Source of the DNA: Azolla caroliniana
Taxonomy: Eukaryota; Plantae; Polypodiophyta
Direction of reading: 5' to 3'
DNA: 64,000 nt
Assembly (NCBI GenBank): GCA_043228905.1
Contig: JBHGNT010000018.1
Coordinates: 6,200,001-6,264,000, forward strand
Shown: positions 1 to 11,140 of the stretch, one piece after another
Numbering within the stretch: the first letter of the stretch is position 1
Layout: each line of letters starts with the position of its first letter
Notes under the pieces: model-generated
Databases searched by the model: none
Told to the model about the DNA's origin: nothing
The model's input: only the letters and a program-made list of their open reading frames with translations
Made by a program: the position numbers and the translations under genes

Positions 1-38
1 TTCTGTACCTGCGTATGACAGTTTCTAGGTCGTTGCAC

Positions 39-77
<39 letters not shown>

Positions 78-263
78 CACAAAACGACTCTTTCTATTCC
101 ATAAAGCAATAATGCAACCCAACCTTACAAAAAGGTTACAAGGTCACTATATATAGTGACAGACTTAGGGCATCTACCATTTATGCTAATTACACAAATG
201 GCCCAAACTTGATCTATACAAAGGGATAGTGTGAATACGTCCATTATACACTTGTATTCGACA
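1..263 (-). repeat. 3' LTR (partial) of the intact copia
   Basis: Matches 5223-5483 except one substitution and one GA unit; contains a (GA)n tract. Confidence 0.95.
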
Positions 264-456
264 CTCCCCCGTAATGGGTGTATACATGGGTTATCTAAGA
301 TTACAGGCATAAACCTAGGTTCTCGGACATATCAGTTTTGTTCGAGTCGGCAGGGTCCGAAGGCAGAAGACCGAACTGGTCGGGTCGGAAGAGTTGAAGC
401 CGATCATTAAGGAACTGATGTCGGTTGTCAGAAACCATCCTGCGATGTGTCCGGCT

Positions 457-3400
457 CTAACCGGATTGGTTTGTCGTTACGCCCATCTGATGCCGAAGGG
501 ACCGAAAGCGGTCTGCCGAAAGACACTTGGTCATTCCATCTGCGACATTGTCGGTTGTGGATATTTTCTCTAGACCGATTTTCCCTGAAATGACGCAGTC
601 CCGAACGAAGTGATATCGAACGTCGATATGTTTGGAGGCGTTGTGGTGAACCGGATTTTTCGACAAGGCAACAGCACCTTGACTGTCGCTATAGACAACT
701 GGGGCCGAGTCATGATCGACTTGTCGAAACGTGTGCGCCAGCCGGCCGAGCCACAAAGCTTCTTTTGCAGCGTCGGACGCAGCTACATATTCTGCTTCGG
801 TCGTTGAGGTCGTTGTGCACTCCTGAAGTTTCGACTTCCACGAAATTGCTCCATTGCCGAATTTGAAGCAGTATCCAGTTGTTGATTTCCGACTATCTAT
901 ACAGCCGGCGAAGTCCGAGTCGGTGTAACCGACTACGCCTGTAGTTGAGTTCGGACCGAAAAGAATGCCGTGGTCTTTTGTGCCAGCCAGATATTTGAAC
1001 ACATGCTTGACTGCGTTCCAATGCGATCGGCCAGGATTGTGCATAAATCTGCTAACGACTCCTACGGCATGAGAAATATCAGGCCGTGTCGCGACCATCA
1101 GGTACATAAGGGAGCCGACTGCCGGTGCATACGGTACCGACTTCATATCTTCCCCCTCCGGACCGGATGTCGGGCAGTCTCGCTGAGAGAGCCGAAGATT
1201 CATGGGGAGCGGGGTTGAAGCAGATTTGGCTGATTGCATGTTGAAGCGTTCCAAGACACGTCCAATATAGTCGGTCTGAGACAAAAAAAGATGTCGTTGA
1301 TCGCGATGCCGACTAATCTTCATGCCAAGTATGTGTCGTGCCGGACCGAGGTCCTTCATGGCAAACTTCAACCGCAGTTGCCGAATGAGATCGGCAAGTT
1401 CGCCCGCGTGGCGTCCAGAAATTAGCATGTCGTCCACGTAAATGATGAGGAAGATGGGTGATCCATCTTGAGCTGTGTTGGTAAAAAAACAATGGTCCTC
1501 ATCGCTTTTTGAGAAGCCGATCGATTGGATGAAGTCGTCGAACTTCTTGTACCATTGTCGCGGTGCCTGTTTGAGGCCGTATAGACTCTTCCTGAGTCGG
1601 CAGACTAGATGTTCTTGGCCAGTTGCCACGAAGCCTTTTGGCTGCTCCATATAAATTTCCTCTTCAAGATCACCATGGAGGAATGCTGTTTTGACATCTA
1701 GCTGAATCAGCTCCAAGTTGTCGGCTGCCACTACGCCGAGTAGAAAACGAAGGGTTGTCATTTTCACCACTGGTGAAAAAATCTCGTCGAAGTCGACGCC
1801 ATATTCTTGTCGGAAGCCCTTCGCGACTAATCTGGCCTTGTACTTTGGGGTGGTCGAATCAGACGTCTCTTTTAGTCGATAAACCCACTTGCAAGGAAGA
1901 GCACGTCGGTTCCTAGGTAATTCGACCAGATCCCAAGTCTTGTTTGCCCGAATGGAGTGCATTTCCGACTCCATCGCCAGATGCCAGGTGGCTGAATCGA
2001 CAGATGTCGATGCTTCTTCGTAAGACGTCGGTTCGCCGGCGTCGGTGAAGAAAATTCCAGGAGAATACCTCTCCGGAGGTTGCGACAGTCTCTCGGATCG
2101 TCGAGGTATGATTGGACTGGTCGCATCGGGTATCGAGGTCGGATGGTCCGAAAGCGAATCATTCGGCTGTGCCGAGTCGGAGTTGTCCGAGTCGGTAGTG
2201 TAAGGTTCAGCTACCCGTGAAGCTGACCGTGTGTTAAGAGCGGGGCCTTCTTGAAGGGTCGGCACATCGGAAAATGTTACCCTTCGGACTTCGATCGGTG
2301 TTTTGACTGATGGATTCATAGCCGACTCGCTGAACACAACGTCCGAACTTCGGACGATTTGTCTGCGTTCGGGATCCCAGAGTCGGTATCCCATTTCGCC
2401 GTCGGATCCATATCCAAGGAAAATGCATTTCCTGGACCGAGGTGCAAGTTTTCGGCGATCATCTTTCGGAATAAGGGCGTACGCCTCGCATCCGAAGATC
2501 CTCAGCTTGTCGTAATTCGGCTTACTGCCGATCCATAGTTCCTGAGGAATTTGAAGTCCTAGAGGTCTGCTTGGCGACATATTGATTATGTGTATTGCCG
2601 TGAGTAGAGCCTCTGCCCAGAAGCCATCTGACAGTCCGGAGTGTTGGAGCATGGAGACTATCCGTTCTTGGATTGTCCGATTCATGCGTTCGGCAATCCC
2701 GTTTTGCTCCGGACTGTGTGGTGCCGTAAATTCACGTCGGATGCCGCGTTGTCGGCAGAATTTGACGAATTCTTCTGATTTGAACTCTCCCCCATTGTCG
2801 GTCCGAAAGCATTTCAGTTTTCGGTCGGTTTGATTTTCTACCATAGCGAGCCAATCGGAGAAGATCGAGAAGACACGATCTTTGGTGCGAATTGGATAAG
2901 CCCACACCTTTCGAGTCGAATCGTCAATAAAACTGACGAAGTAAGAGGCACCGCCGAGACACTGATGCGGCATTGGGCCACAGACGTCCGAGTGGACCAA
3001 ATCGAGAGGTCTCGTTTCTCTTGGTGCTGATGTCGGGTGTGATGCGGCTGCTTGTTTGCCATACTGGCAATGCTCGCAGAATTGATGGTCGGAGAAGGAG
3101 AGTTTAGGGATGTATCCGGCTCTAGATAGATGCGTAATGCCGGCCTTGCTGAGGTGTCCTAATCTTCTGTGCCATAGTGATGACACAGGAATATCCACCA
3201 AAAACAGGTTACCCTCTCTGAGCGTAACATGTAACGGATACAGTGAGTGTATCTTGGGTCCTCTAGCAAGCAGGAGGTTCCCCCTGTGGAGTGTCCACCC
3301 TCCCGAAGAAAAACCGGCACGAATGCCGTCTTCGTCTAGTTGTCCGACTGAGATCAATGGCCTTGAGAGCTCGGGTACATGTCGGACATTGTGAAGTACA

Positions 3401-4473
3401 AGTGTAGAGCCACCTGCAAGGTTGAGCTCTACTGTGCCGATTCCAATGATGTCACAGTGTTGCGAGTTACCGACTCGAACTGAGTCGGAGTGACGGATCG
3501 TATATTGCCGAAATTGGGATCGATGAGGAGTCACGTGAAATGACGCGCCCGAATCTAAGAGCCATGTGCTCGATTCTTCAGTCGTGAGCAGAACTTCTGA
3601 CGTAATTGATCTCGGGTCGTTTGGTAGCACATCAGCTGAGAAGCTGACGTAATTGATCTCCTCATGCCGGCCACTCTTCTTGTCTGATCTCTGAGACTTG
3701 TCGTTCTTGTTCTTGAGTGCGCGGCAGTCGGCTTTGATGTGTCCGGGTTTCTTGCAATAGTTGCAGATTCGATTATCCCGTGACTGGCTCCGTCTTCGCT
3801 GATTGTTCGGCGGCCGTGAGGAATCTCTTCCTCGTATGTTCGATCGGTCTGTCGAACCTTGTACTACGTAAGTGTCGTCTGTTGAGTCTTTGGCGAAAGA
3901 CTTTCTCCGAGCTGCTTCGGTCAGGATTGCGCTCGTGACTTCGGAGTATTTAACAGCCGTGGTTGACGCGTTGCACACGGTTGTGACGAAAGTTTCCCAT
4001 GATGAGGGAAGGCTACTCATGAGTATCATTGCTCTGAGTTCATCCTCTATTGCCGTCCCCTGAGATGAGATTTGGGAGCTTATGCTTTCGTACTCATTGA
4101 GATGTGCTTGAACCGAATCGGATTCTTTCATCCGCAAGTTGTAGAGGCGCCGGATCAGAAACATCTTCGTTGCAGCGACCTTCTTTTCGTAGGTGTCCGA
4201 CAGTGTTTTCCACAGTTCGAATGCTGTCGTACACGATTGCACCGTAAAGTATACCGATTCCGATAGGTGCATCCGAATCGTGGCGCGGACGATTCTGTCC
4301 AGCTTCTGCCACTCAATTGGTTTGTATCCTTCTGGAGGTTCTTCATTTTCGATGGGATCGATTTGCCCCTTGACTATGAGATAGTCCTGCATTTGCTCCT
4401 TCCAGAAGTTGAAGTTCAATCCATCGAACTTTCGTAGACTCATTTCTGACGAGCCGGATGTTGATGCCATCAA
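457..4473 (-). CDS. Copia Gag-Pol polyprotein, 1338 aa
   Basis: UBN2-type gag, CX2CX4HX4C knuckle (CNYCKKPGHIKADC), protease WLLDSGAS, integrase HHCC and DDE (VHSDVCG, TDNGGE), RT (YKARLVAKG, YVDDM), RNase H (DSDFAG, ADGMTK). Domain order PR-IN-RT-RH. Confidence 0.97.
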   Translation of the reverse strand: MMASTSGSSEMSLRKFDGLNFNFWKEQMQDYLIVKGQIDPIENEEPPEGYKPIEWQKLDRIVRATIRMHLSESVYFTVQSCTTAFELWKTLSDTYEKKVAATKMFLIRRLYNLRMKESDSVQAHLNEYESISSQISSQGTAIEDELRAMILMSSLPSSWETFVTTVCNASTTAVKYSEVTSAILTEAARRKSFAKDSTDDTYVVQGSTDRSNIRGRDSSRPPNNQRRRSQSRDNRICNYCKKPGHIKADCRALKNKNDKSQRSDKKSGRHEEINYVSFSADVLPNDPRSITSEVLLTTEESSTWLLDSGASFHVTPHRSQFRQYTIRHSDSVRVGNSQHCDIIGIGTVELNLAGGSTLVLHNVRHVPELSRPLISVGQLDEDGIRAGFSSGGWTLHRGNLLLARGPKIHSLYPLHVTLREGNLFLVDIPVSSLWHRRLGHLSKAGITHLSRAGYIPKLSFSDHQFCEHCQYGKQAAASHPTSAPRETRPLDLVHSDVCGPMPHQCLGGASYFVSFIDDSTRKVWAYPIRTKDRVFSIFSDWLAMVENQTDRKLKCFRTDNGGEFKSEEFVKFCRQRGIRREFTAPHSPEQNGIAERMNRTIQERIVSMLQHSGLSDGFWAEALLTAIHIINMSPSRPLGLQIPQELWIGSKPNYDKLRIFGCEAYALIPKDDRRKLAPRSRKCIFLGYGSDGEMGYRLWDPERRQIVRSSDVVFSESAMNPSVKTPIEVRRVTFSDVPTLQEGPALNTRSASRVAEPYTTDSDNSDSAQPNDSLSDHPTSIPDATSPIIPRRSERLSQPPERYSPGIFFTDAGEPTSYEEASTSVDSATWHLAMESEMHSIRANKTWDLVELPRNRRALPCKWVYRLKETSDSTTPKYKARLVAKGFRQEYGVDFDEIFSPVVKMTTLRFLLGVVAADNLELIQLDVKTAFLHGDLEEEIYMEQPKGFVATGQEHLVCRLRKSLYGLKQAPRQWYKKFDDFIQSIGFSKSDEDHCFFTNTAQDGSPIFLIIYVDDMLISGRHAGELADLIRQLRLKFAMKDLGPARHILGMKISRHRDQRHLFLSQTDYIGRVLERFNMQSAKSASTPLPMNLRLSQRDCPTSGPEGEDMKSVPYAPAVGSLMYLMVATRPDISHAVGVVSRFMHNPGRSHWNAVKHVFKYLAGTKDHGILFGPNSTTGVVGYTDSDFAGCIDSRKSTTGYCFKFGNGAISWKSKLQECTTTSTTEAEYVAASDAAKEALWLGRLAHTFRQVDHDSAPVVYSDSQGAVALSKNPVHHNASKHIDVRYHFVRDCVISGKIGLEKISTTDNVADGMTKCLSADRFRSLRHQMGVTTNQSG

Positions 4474-5172
4474 ATTTGGTTTCGGTTGACGAAGCTCGGT
4501 TCGGAGTTGACTACGAACCTTGTTGGAGTGCAGCCGGTTGGCTCACCCGATATCGTTCTAGTCGGATTTGAACCCGAGTCGGTTCGGCTTCGGATATATG
4601 TATTGTTGAACTTGCTCGAATTGACTCCGGTAACTTGAGGGACAGAACCGACTGGTCTTCCCGAATGTTGCCGAGTCGGAGTGAGCCCGGTTCGCTTCCG
4701 AATATATATGCCAAATACCGATTATTGAATCCGATTGTTTGGACCGATTCTGCTTCGGGTGACTGCAGCGACGAGAGAGACGGATCCAACTGATCCTCTC
4801 GAATGTCGATCAGCCGGATGAAGCACGAATTGGGGTTGTTGTCTTGAGACCGATCTGCACCGAGTGGTTACAAAGAGCGGCGAGCAGCGTTTGATGACCT
4901 CTTCGGATGCCGTTTAACCGAGTGGAGCACGATCGTGTCAATGTTGCACAAGGGGATTTCACCTCGAGCGGTTACGATCACAAGAAACAGAGTACAACCG
5001 GCTGGCTTACTCCAAGCAAAGATGATCTAACGCGATGAGATGCAAGCCTCGTTTTTTTTTCCTTCTTCTTCTCTCTTCTTCGAATGACGCAGGAAACCGA
5101 ATGCTGTGCAGGCTGAGACGACGTCCGACAGCGGATTGAAGGACCGAATACTGTGCAGGCTCTGATACCAGA

Positions 5173-5260
5173 TGTTGGAGACAAGGTCGTCTATGCGGAA
5201 GATCAAGAAGCATACGATTCTGTTCTGTACCTGCGTATGACAGTTTCTAGGTCGTTGCAC

Positions 5261-5297
<37 letters not shown>

Positions 5298-5483
5298 CAC
5301 AAAACGACTCTTTCTATTCCATAAAGCAATAATACAACCCAACCTTACAAAAAGGTTACAAGGTCACTATATATAGTGACAGACTTAGGGCATCTACCAT
5401 TTATGCTAATTACACAAATGGCCCAAACTTGATCTATACAAAGGGATAGTGTGAATACGTCCATTATACACTTGTATTCGACA
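5173..5483 (-). repeat. 5' LTR of the intact copia, 311 bp
   Basis: TGTTGG...TCGACA, adjacent to the PBS. Confidence 0.95.
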
Positions 5484-5484
5484 G

Positions 5485-6720
5485 GTTGGTCATACCCATG
5501 ATCACATAGATCAAATGTTTAGTAGGTTCTCAAAGAAACTTGCTCGCTGTAATGCTTTCACACTTCCCACGCTATCCAAATTGATTAGTGAAGCATATAC
5601 ACCAAAGCCTAAAGTACAACATTTGGAAGAAGTATACGACTTTAAACGTTTCTGCATGGATAGTGACGGGACTAAAGGTAGGGTGCTTGCACCTCTTAAT
5701 AATATAAGTTTCAACCATGTCTTCCTCATAAAACAAAGATCGGCCCACCTGAAGATGACGGTGTTGTTTGCGAAACAATACTCATCTAGTGCACAATGGG
5801 AGCCCCAAGAAGGTTGTAGGCTCCTTCTTCATATCCCAGATGAACCTCTACATGGTGCACAACAAATGCCATATGATGATCGTAAAAATGTAGCACCAAA
5901 TAGTACTATTGATGAACAAAGGGCATATTGGTTGAGATGTCTAGCAGAGAAACAAAATAATATTGATCGGACTAAGAAGTATGCCGGTGATGAGGATGTT
6001 GAATGGTGGGAGATTTTCTTCACCCATCAACGCACCATTTTAGATAATTACATCACATGGAACATTGGGATGACATCAACGATATCGCAGACTCATCACC
6101 AACAATCGAATAATATGGAGCTTCATGATTTAGTTCGGCCACTGCAAAGAGATATTTATGTGGGACCAAGAAAGTCACGTACTGTTGAGGCAAGATGGCA
6201 AGGTAATTTGCAAGAACTACAAGTGGGAATGTTGGTTGCAACATTAGCAGGGGACGATACCTTGGGCCATCCATTTTGGATTGCAAAAATTATTGAATTA
6301 GTAAGGGATGAAGAAAGTAGTCAGACAAAGTCAATAGTAGTCCATTGGTATCAGACAAATTCCACTCATGCATTTACAGGAAAGTATTCTTTAGAGATGG
6401 TTAAGGATGTCGGATGTTCAAGCAGAAAGAGAAGAAGAAAGAATATACCGAGCACGGCTACTCTCGCACTAGACCGTGTTTACATACTAGTATATGACTT
6501 CTCATTGACAAAATCAGGTCATCTAAGACAAGCAACTATCAAGATAATAAAGGAGAAAATCCCAAACATGGTGTCAAACGAAATACAGAGAATAACCATA
6601 AGCAATTCTCATAACCACAAAGATGTTGGGTTGGAATTGGATGAGGATAATGCTTTGGTTGCCACTGATGATGAGGATGAGACGTCAGAAGGCTCTTCTA
6701 GTCCATCAGACATGTCTTAA
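5485..6720 (+). pseudogene. C-terminal half of a Sola/DUF7869-like DNA transposase, interrupted by the copia insertion
   Basis: The frame is open from the LTR edge: VGHTHDHIDQMFSRFS...YTPKP...VYDFK, resembling the GHTHEDIDQ motif family. Stop-free for about 411 codons, with a C-terminal PFWIAKI...VVHWY module and an acidic tail. Confidence 0.65.
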
Positions 6721-7045
6721 TATATTGGTTTGGTTCAAGCTGGGGATTGTTTTACTACATGATCGGAAACTTTGTAAATTTGTTTTGGATGTAAACTCAC
6801 GAATATGTATAATTGTAACCGGTAGACATGTTGTACATTATTTTGTAATTTTGGTGATGTATTTTTGGAGGCATTTTACTTATGACTCAAAGTGGTAGTC
6901 ATGTTGAAATTCAATATATTTTGCCACCTTTTCTGAAAAGCTTTATGCATGCGTCGTGTCTTTTTGAAAACTGCGTGCTTTTGTGCCCTTTTTGGACGTA
7001 GTGTTCTCATAATGCGACCTATTACCTGTTTCAAATGACCCGGTG

Positions 7046-9596
7046 TTCTATGTGTATGTTGCAAAGGATCAGAGGGGGAAGCTGGATCCGAAATCTCGGC
7101 CATGCATATTTCTCGGCTACGGCAATGATGAATTCGGCTATCGGTTATGGGACTTAGTCGAGAAGAAAGTGATTAGGAGCCGCGACATTGTCTTCTTGAA
7201 GGAAAAGACAATAGTCGATTGGGAGATTGAAAACAAGTCTCCAACTACCGAATCGAGTAGAAGTCGATTCGATTGAAATCGAATCCAAGCCAGTCGGCCG
7301 ATTTAATACTCGACAAAATCGAGAACCGACAAAAGAACAAGGGGAACCGGCCGAACGAGGAACCGAATTTGACTCAGTCGAAGAAATCAAAGAAGAACCG
7401 ACCTTGCCAAATGGAGGCCAAAGATACCCCCTAAGAGAAAGAAGGCCCCCTCGAAGATTTCCGGATGAAGAGCGTGTACTGCTAGCTAATGAGGGGAAGC
7501 TGGAAAGCTTTGAAGAAGCTAAGCAAAATACCGACAGCCGAGAGTGGTTGTGTGCCATGCAAGAGGAGATGGAATCCTTGCATGAGAATCACACATATGA
7601 ATTGACCGAGCTACCGAGAGGAAAGAAGGCGCTCCGAAATAAGTGGGTATACAAACTGAAGCTAGGAGATGGCCGAAATCCATCAAGATACAAAGCCCGA
7701 ATCGTCGTGAAAGACTTTCAATTGAAGAAGGGTGTGGATTTCGACGAGATATTTGCCCCAGTGGTGAAAATGACATCCATCCTAACAGTGTTGAGCATAG
7801 CGGTCAACATGGATCTCGAAGTTGAGCAATTGGAAGTCAAGACGACGTTTCTGCACGGTGATCTCGAAGAGGAGATCTATATGCACCAACCGGAAGGATT
7901 CATGAAGAAAGGTAAAGAGAACCTGCTATGCCGATTGAGAAAGAACTTGTATGGGCTAAACATGCACATTGGCAATGGTATTGAATATTCGAATCCTTCA
8001 TGACCAACAACGGGTACCACAAAATGTAGGCCGATCACTGCGTGTTTGTGAAGAAATTTGATGTAGGAGATTTCCTCATCCTCCTATTGGTGGACGACAT
8101 GCCAATTGTCAGACGAGACCATAAGAAGATCCGCGTGCTGAAGAAGGCCTTGAGCATATCGTTCTCGATGAAGGATATAGTCCCGGCAAAGCAAATCCTA
8201 GGGATGCACATTGTTCAGGATCGAACAAAGAAATTATTGTGGCTGTCACAGAAGAAATACAAAGGTGCTCCAGAGATTCGACATGGAAAGCGAGAAACTG
8301 GTCGACTCGACACTGCCGACGAACTAAAAGCTAAGCAAAGATCAATGTCCAAAATCAAAAACTAAGAAGGCCGAGATGTCAAGAGTCCCTTATTCCTTAG
8401 TGGTTGGAAGCCTAATGTACGCGATGGTATGTACTAGGCCGGACATAGGATATGCAGTCGGAGTTGTCAGCCGATATATGAGCAATCCCAGTAGAGAGCA
8501 TTGGGTTGTTGTGAAGTGGATACTTCGGTACCTGAGAGGCACCTCGAATGTGTGTCTTCGATTCCGCTCAGGTAACCCCACATTGGAAGGTTACACGGAT
8601 TCAGACATGTTGGCTAATGCGGATACGAGCTAATCCACGTCCAGGTACGTGATGACTTATGTAGGGGGAGCCATTTCATGGCAGTCGAGATTGCAGAAGG
8701 TTGTGGCATTATCGACCACGGACGCCGAGTACATGGCCACAGTGGAAGCCGGCAAGGAAGTAATTTGGATGAGGTATTTCATCGGAGAGTTGGGAATTCG
8801 ACAAGAGGAATTCCAACTCTATTGTGATAACCAGACTGCCACCCACCTTGCGAAAAATGTCAACTACCACTCGAGGACCAAGCACATCCAGAGGAGATAT
8901 CACTACCTCCGAGAGCGAGTAGAAGAGAAGGACTTTGCTCTAATAAAGGTTCACACATCCGAGAATGGATCAGATATGCCAACAAAGGTGTTGTCAACCG
9001 AAAAGCTAAACACGTGCCGATAGAGAGTCGGTTTGGTGAAGCGCCCCATGCTGGAGTGAAGGGGGAGTTTGTTGGGAAACAGATCCCTCTAGATGGGAAG
9101 AGAAGAGCCACGTTGGTGAGTAACTTGGTTGAGGCTGAAACTAAAATCTAGGATGTAGCCAACTCTGGAGACTATATTTGTAAATAGTCGAAATGTGTCC
9201 CATGTGGGCTATGTATGTAAATAGCCATAAAGTTGTATAAGTATAAATGCAACTAGGGCAAACTTTGGTAAGTTGTAGATCATTGTTGTATCATTGGGTT
9301 GTGAGTTACAAGAAGGTTGTTGCCTCTGTAATTGAGTGTGCGAGAGAGTGTGTGTGAGAGTTAGAGTGTAACTCTACAACCATCTGTTGATGAAGAAGAT
9401 CTCGAGGTTGTTGCCTTTGAGTTTCTTATTGTACTCCTCTTTGTATAGTGATCTATTTTGGGGTTTGTGGACTCCACGTGGTTTTTCCCGATTTGGGTTT
9501 CCACGTTAAATCTTGTGTCCATGTTTCTAGTTGGATTTCTGTCGTTTTTCTGTCTCTGCACATTTATCTTGATTTCTACACCCGAATATACGAACA
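7046..9596 (+). mobile_element. Degenerate copia, 3' half (integrase SH3, RT, RNase H, PPT, 3' LTR about 9070-9596)
   Basis: KLDPKSRPCIFLGY, YKARIVVK, SRVPYSLVVGSLMYAM and RTKHIQRRYH spread over broken frames. gggggag PPT at 9061, then tgttggg. Confidence 0.9.
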
Positions 9597-9599
9597 AGC

Positions 9600-11140
9600 A
9601 ACCGATTGTGGCCGGTCATGATTCTCAGCACGCTCCACCATCTGAATGCATCTAGCCGAAAATGTCTACTTCAGCATGGCAAAAGAGACGGCAATGTTCT
9701 CACTGTGGGAGAAGCTACAAGCCGTGTATGAGAAAAAGTCCTCATCTTCAAAACTTATTTTGATCAAACAATTGTTCAACATGAAGATGAGAGAGACTGG
9801 TCTAGCTACCTCCCACATCAACACCTTCAGTCGGGTGTTGTCAAAACTCTCCTCACAAGGGATCAACTTCGATGGAGAAGTGAAAGCCCTTGCCCTCCTA
9901 TCAAGCTTGTCGGCGAATTGGGAGGACGTATTCTACACGACGTATGCCAATAGCCGACCAATCCTAAATCTAGATGAGATGGTCGGCCAAGTCCTCAATG
10001 AGGACATTTGGCGAAATTCGATGGGTCTCACCATCGATGAATCGGCAGAAGCCCACCACTCGGCCAAGTCGGTCGACCAATTGGTCGATCAAGAGAACAA
10101 GCCAACAAAGTCCATCGACACCATAGTCGATCCAAAACGAGGGGAAACCAACAATAGTTGAAGTTGAGAATGGGCTGATCAGGTGAATTCCGCACACATT
10201 GCAGAAAAGATGCCCACAATGTTTCTGACTGTTGGTCGATCAAGAGAAAAGAGAGTGGTCGGCAATCCGAGCAGAATCGAGGATGACTGGACTTGGACCA
10301 CTCTCCAGTCGGCAGCCAAATCAATGTTGCCGACACCCGATCAGGAGAAATTCTCTCCTTCGAGGACTCGATGACTAGAGAAATCCTCTACAGTGCCCAA
10401 GATTCACACACGTGGTTACTAGATTCAGGTGCCACATTCCACATGACCCAACATCGAATGGCTTTCAAACTATTCGACTGACGCTAGCGATACAGTTCGA
10501 GTAGGCAACGGGCAGGAATGCAGAATCGCAAGGACCGGAGTCTGGTCTCCATGGGCATGGTAGCCAAAGACGGGTGCCGAACGACTCTAAGTGAGTCGGT
10601 ATGGATGATCAACCAGGGAAATCTCAGAATTGGGAATGGGCATAAGTACAACAACCTATACCCATTGATGGAGATCAATTCAGACGGGGTCGTAAATGTA
10701 GCTAAAAAGTCAAACCCGAACTTATGGCATGGCCAACTCGGCCGTATCTCTCAAGCCGGACTCGATCGACTAATGGCAGTCGGCTACATCCCTAAACTCC
10801 AACCAAAGACGGACTTCTGCGAGCACTGTCAATCTGGGAAACAGACCCGAAGTCCGCACTCTCTCCACTACGAGACGGTATGACAGGCCCTAGAGCTCAT
10901 GCACATAGATATATATGGGCCCATGCCGGAGCGATCACTAGAAGGCTCCCGATAGTTCATCACATTTGTAGATGACTATACACGGAAGATCTGGGCCTAC
11001 TCGATAAGGTCCAAAGACAAAGCACTCGAGCTCTTCATTCGGTGGATATCTGAAGTGGAGAACCGGTTGGGACACGAAGTGAAGACACTCCGATCCGACA
11101 ACGGAGGAGAATATACCTCTACAGCCTTCAAATAGTACAC
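9600..11140 (+). mobile_element. Degenerate copia internal fragment (gag, protease, integrase N-half)
   Basis: LWEKLQAVYEKK gag, WLLDSGATFH, FCEHC, SDNGGEY; frameshifts and stops. Confidence 0.85.

Larger units (their letters stand above)
1..5483 (-). mobile_element. Intact, very young Ty1/copia LTR retrotransposon (3' LTR runs off the left edge)
   Basis: Near-identical LTRs at 1-263 and 5173-5483 (TG...CA). tRNA-iMet PBS (gctctgatacca on +) at 5159-5170. PPT (ctccccc on +) at 264-270. Single gag-pol ORF. Confidence 0.97.
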
